DNA of 64,000 nt, taken from positions 60,884,001 through 60,948,000 of the forward strand of contig OY740794.1 of the NCBI GenBank assembly GCA_963514005.1, given 5' to 3'. Positions 59,369-64,000 of this stretch are shown here, piece by piece. Made by a program: the position numbers and the translations under genes. Origin of the DNA: Raja brachyura (Eukaryota). How positions within the stretch are numbered: position 1 is the stretch's first letter; the number at the start of each line of letters is the position of its first letter. The notes under the pieces were generated by a model. The model made no database searches, was not told where the DNA came from, and saw only the letters and a list, made by a program, of their open reading frames with translations.

Positions 59369-59882
59369 TTTTAATTCATCAATCATGGCTTGACTTTAGC
59401 ATATCCAAGCTGGCTTGCATGTCTTAAACTAATTCAATGATTTGTCTCTGGTTCTAAGTTTATCTCAATATGGATACTCAGGTCTTTAAAAATATGACTT
59501 TAAACCTTTGAAGAGGTATGTGGGAATCCTTTGTTTTTATCTAAAGAAGGTCAAGAAGATAATGTAAAGAAGTGGCTCTATCATAATGAGAATAATTGTC
59601 TGGGTTTTGGATAAATAATGAAGGTGAAGCAAACACCAAATTTTGCTGTTAGCCTCACCATGAACAATAACAACACTTGTTAAAAAATGATTTTGACAGC
59701 TGATTCTGGGGTGTACACATGCTTATTTAAGAACCGGAATCAGTAATACCCAAATAGCAGACCAACATTTAGACTATTAGATTGGTTTTACATAGAAATG
59801 GGCCCATCAGCCCACCATCTTAATGCTGACAATTTTGCCCATCTACACTAATCACATCTCACCACATTAAGACCATATCTAT

Positions 59883-60300
59883 CTTCTTCTTCTTGCGAAT
59901 AAACCAAAGGAATAGTTAGATCTCAAGCCGGGTGTTGAGCAGCCAGGTTGTTGTCTCCGCGTCAATGTCTGCCAGACCCTGAGCTCCATTTGGTGGGTGG
60001 GAGAGCGGGTACCCAGCGTGGTTGGCTGTCTGTTGTTCTGCTCTGCATTCACAGGCTGGGCTCTGGCGGAGTCCCCATCTCCACACGCTGGCATTGAAGC
60101 GCCCAACTCCAGTACCAAGTCTGTTGAGCTTCACCCATGCTCCTGTGGGGAGGTCAGACCCTGGAGAGCTTTTATCTGGTGAAGAGATGTAGCTGTGTAA
60201 TGGAGATGAGGTTGCCTTCCACTCCTGTGACCACTTGGTGGCTATCCAGTGTGCATTTGTCTCAGATGGCTGGATGGATGCTCAGAGTTGTTTTCCATCT
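59883..60300 (-). mobile_element. RTEX/RTE-group LINE 3' fragment with C-terminal zinc-knuckle region and (AAG)n tail
   Basis: ORF 59916..60134(-) KLNRLGTGVGRFNASVWRWGLRQSPACEC...QTANH. 3' end ...TATTCGCAAGAAGAAGAAG. Confidence 0.78.
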
Positions 60301-60574
60301 ATTAGGTCTTGCCTATTTCAGTTTATCTTTAATTTCTTGTCAAACTATTTGATACCACCACCTCCCCTGGCAGCATGTTCCTGATACCTGTGGGAAACAA
60401 AAATGTTAGCCCTTAGATCCCCTTAAAACTCCTTGCTCTCACCATAAGCCTACACCGTCTTGTTTTTGATACACACTATAGAAAAAGAATTAGACTACTT
60501 ATCCATCTATTCCTCCCACAATCTTTTGCACTTCTATCAGGTCCCATACAAGAGATTGGTATGCAAAATTAGAG

Positions 60575-61299
60575 AACATGGTATTGGGGTAAGGTATTGA
60601 CATGGATAGATAACTGTTTGGCAGACAGGAAGCAAAGAGTAGGTATTAACGGGTCCTTTTCAGAATGGCAGGCAGTGACTAGTGGGGTGCCGCAAGGCTC
60701 AGTGCAGGGATCCCAGTTATTTACAATATATATTAATGAGTTAGACGAAGCAATTAAATGTAACATCTCCAAGTTTGCAGATGACATAAAGCTGGGTGGC
60801 AGTGTGTGCTGCGAGGAGGATGCTATGAGGCAGCAGGGTGACTTGGATAGGTTGGGTGAGTGGGCAGATGCATAGCAGATGCAGTATTATGTGGATAAAT
60901 GTGAGGTTGTCCACTTTGGTGGCAAGAACAAGAAGGCAGATTATTATCTGAATGGTGTCAGATTAGGAAAAGGGGGGGGGGGGGGGAGGGTGCACCAAGA
61001 CCTTGGTGTCCTTGTACATCAGTTACTGAAAGTATGCATGCAGGTCCAGCAGGCAGTGAAAAAAGCTAATGGCATGTTGGCCTTCATAGGGAGAGGATTT
61101 GAGTATAGGTGCAAGGAAGTCCTACTGCAGTTGTACAGGGCCCTGGTATTGTGTGCAGTTTCGGTCTCATAATTTGAGGTAAGATATTCTTGCAATTGAG
61201 GGAGTGCAGTGTAGGTTCACCAAGTTAATTCCCAGGATGTCGGGGCTGACATATGATGAAAGAATGGATTGACTGGGCTTATATTCACTGAAATTTAGG
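60575..61299 (+). mobile_element. CR1 LINE RT fragment
   Basis: LADRKQRVGING...SGVPQGSV...SKFADDIKL; VDKCEVVHFG. Confidence 0.9.
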
Positions 61300-61673
61300 A
61301 TACATAGATACATAGACAATCCTACTCCTACAGGTGCAGGAGTAGGCCATTCGGCCCTTTGAGCCAGCACCACCATTCAATGTGATCATGGCTGATCATT
61401 GACAATCAGTGCCCCGTTCCTGCCTTCTCCCCATACCCCTTGATTCCACTAGCCCTAAGAGCTCTATCTAACCCTCTCTTGAATGCATCCAGTGAATCAG
61501 CCTCTACTGCCTTCTGAGGCAGAGAATTCCACAAATTCACAACCGTCTGTGTGAAAAAGATTTTCCTCATCTAAATGGCCTACACCTTATTCTTAAACTG
61601 TGACCCCTGGTTCTGGGCTCCCCCAACATCGCGAACATGCTTCCTGCATCTAGCATGTCCAATCCCTTAATAA
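61300..61673 (-). mobile_element. CR1 LINE 3' segment in opposite orientation
   Basis: Tail (CATAGATA)n at 61300, then the 3' UTR and ORF end on the minus strand. Confidence 0.88.
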
Positions 61674-61739
61674 CCCCTTGCTAATGGACTGATCTTGATG
61701 TGAGATGCATTGGCATGAACCTAGGTACTTTCGCATTTA

Positions 61740-61940
61740 TAGACACAAAGTGCTGGAGTAACTCAGCGGGTCATTCAGCATCTCTGGAGAAGAAGGATGG
61801 GTGAAATTTTAGGTTGTAACCCTTCTTCAGACTGTTCTGATCCGAAACGTCACCCATCCTTTTCTCCAGAGATCTTGCCTGAGCCGCTGAGTTACTCCAG
61901 CACTTTGTGTCTATCTTCGGTATCTGCAGTTCTTTCCTAC
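61740..61940. repeat. Penelope-derived hairpin element
   Basis: AGACACAAAGTGCTGGAGTAACTCAGCGG / CCGCTGAGTTACTCCAGCACTTTGTGTCT inverted arms. Confidence 0.8.
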
Positions 61941-61994
61941 ATACATTTCTATTTGTTGCCCATGTTCATTACAAGCACACAAAATATGATATAT

Positions 61995-62410
61995 TTACAA
62001 TACAATACAATTTATTTGTTGTCATTTGAACCTCATTGAGGTTCAAAACAAAATTTGGTTTCTGCAGTCATACAAACAAGAACCAAGACACAACATAATT
62101 TACACAAACATCCATCACAGTGAATCTCCTCCTCACTGCGATGGAAGGCAAAGTCTTATCTCTCCCCTGCATTCCCCATTCTCCCGATGTCTAAGCCCCT
62201 GGCGGGCGATGGTAAATAGGTCCTGCGGCCATTAAGGCCGTGCTGGGCGATGCAAGGCCGCTCTACGGGTCTTGATGATGGAGCCCCCGGCGGGCGCTAG
62301 CAGGTCCCGCGGCCATTAAAGCCGCGGCGGGCGATGTAAGACCCCGCTCCATGTAATTTTCAAGCCCGCGACTCGGGCGGCACAAGTTGCCGTTGCGGAA
62401 GCTCCGAAAA
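61995..62410 (-). mobile_element. Non-LTR retroposon 3' end, related to 23025-23420
   Basis: (TACAA)n tail, shared ACAAACATCCATCACAGTGAATCTCCTCCTCACTG hairpin and GC-rich internal repeats. Confidence 0.6.
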
Positions 62411-64000
62411 GTTATTTAGCAGATGTATTTAGGAGTAAGGACCGAGTTAGAATTTTTAGCAGTTTAGAAATTGATAATCACAAACAACCTCCCAGGCTCT
62501 TACAATTTTACACGGGTGAAATCACATTTCTTAATAATTTAATTACTGTTGAAGGTCTTAATTTATTAATCTGATAAGGACATAATAAATTAGGAACTAG
62601 GAAAGGTTATCTAACCCTTCAAGCCTGCTCCCCATTCATCAAGATCTTGGCTGATCTTCTACCTAGTGCCCAATACTCATGATTCATTTCTTGTCCAGAA
62701 ATCTATCATGTCCTTCGTTTATTCTCTTTTATTTTGGCCTTTTAAACCTGTTTGACTTCCTCCTTCTTTGTTTTGTTAAAAAAACGCCTGCTATATATAT
62801 TTACTGCTTTATATTTCAAGGTTGCTCCCAATCACTGGTATTAAATGCACAATGTAGTAGCAGCTGTAGTAGCGTAGTAAGTAGCTGCTAATGAAATGTG
62901 GTTCTATTCACTTCAGTCACATTGGATTTTCTAAGTACATAAAGTTGCTATTATATGTAAATTTAGCACAAATGAATACAACAATTTTCTACCGAGTATC
63001 TGAATTCATCAATCTGATTCCTCGCTGTATCTTGTCCTGCTGTGAAATACCACAGATGTTCTGTGAAGTGCATTGCATTGGATCAGACATCGGATAGAGC
63101 AAGCGTACACTTATAACACATCTCATCCCACCACCAATCTGCAAGAAGGATCAATGGTAATTGTCATTTCCGTGCTGACGGCCTCAAATTCCAGGCTGTC
63201 AATTTCAGCTTTCAGTGTCATTATTTTTAGGAGGATATCAGGGCTATGGAGAGGTGTAAGACTGACTGACTGAGATCATATCATCTTTTGGAGGAGACAC
63301 AAAAGCAAATGGAAATATTGGTATTCGAACAAGGAAGTTGAACTTGAGATTTGGGAAAATCACATCTGGGAAAATGCTTCTTTTGGAACATTAAATAGAG
63401 TGCGTAGATAAAACAAGCCAAAAAATGGAAAACACAGGAAATGCGTGATTCCAGCAGCTGGTTGTTTAGTTTCCCATTGGTGGAATCTGAAATGGATTTT
63501 TAAATGAAGTTACAAAATATTTGTAACATTGAAAATATTTGGAATTAGTAAGGTGTTGTGCTGGAGGAGATAGTTTTTTTTCCCAGAGTGAATGGCACAG
63601 CGATATGAATGCTGCAGAAGAATAATAGTTTTGTTCAAAGGTTTTTTTCATTTTTCATTTTATGAGAAATATATTATGAGATTGTTAAATCATCAGTCAA
63701 CATGACATGATATCAGATTGGAAATTCACTATCTCAGTAAATTTATTATCATTTGTTTAATTCATATTTTAGGTCATATTTTCATTTGTTTTTGGACTTT
63801 TCAGTATTCACCTTTAATTTATTTGTTTTCACAATTAAGTACTATCTTAAAACTTGGAGAACTACATTTCAGAAATAAATGTTTTATGTGGATTGTTTTC
63901 CACTGAAATGTGATAATCTTCTGTACACTTAACATTGTTGGAAAAGTTGTTTAATTATATTATATGTTTGTAACTTATAATGTCTGATTCACTTAATTTT

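Overview
This is eukaryotic, repeat-rich, non-genic or intronic DNA. The repeat set (HER1-type CR1 LINEs, HE1 V-SINEs, Deu-domain SINEs, Neptune-type Penelope elements) points to a cartilaginous fish such as a skate, ray or shark; this is an inference. No complete host gene is recognisable. The only intact long ORF belongs to a very young, full-length Ty3/Gypsy (Mag-like) LTR retrotransposon at 12650-17363, with 203-bp LTRs differing at 1 position and a CAAGT target-site duplication (TSD). Main discoveries: (1) three dispersed copies of a ~135-bp retroposon whose 5' 54 nt fold into a minimal HDV-like self-cleaving ribozyme and whose 3' end is an RTE/RTEX-type (AAG)n tail, with a candidate partner LINE fragment at ~59.9-60.3 kb; (2) an orphan TDP2-like first exon (Kozak ATG, UBA-like domain, phase-0 GTAAGT donor) inside a hAT-like composite element; (3) hammerhead-core motifs in Penelope terminal repeats and hairpins; (4) tandem Helitrons, three Harbinger MITEs and an unclassified TIR element, several of them nested. 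Boundaries of degraded repeats are approximate, and family names come from recognised motifs, not database searches.
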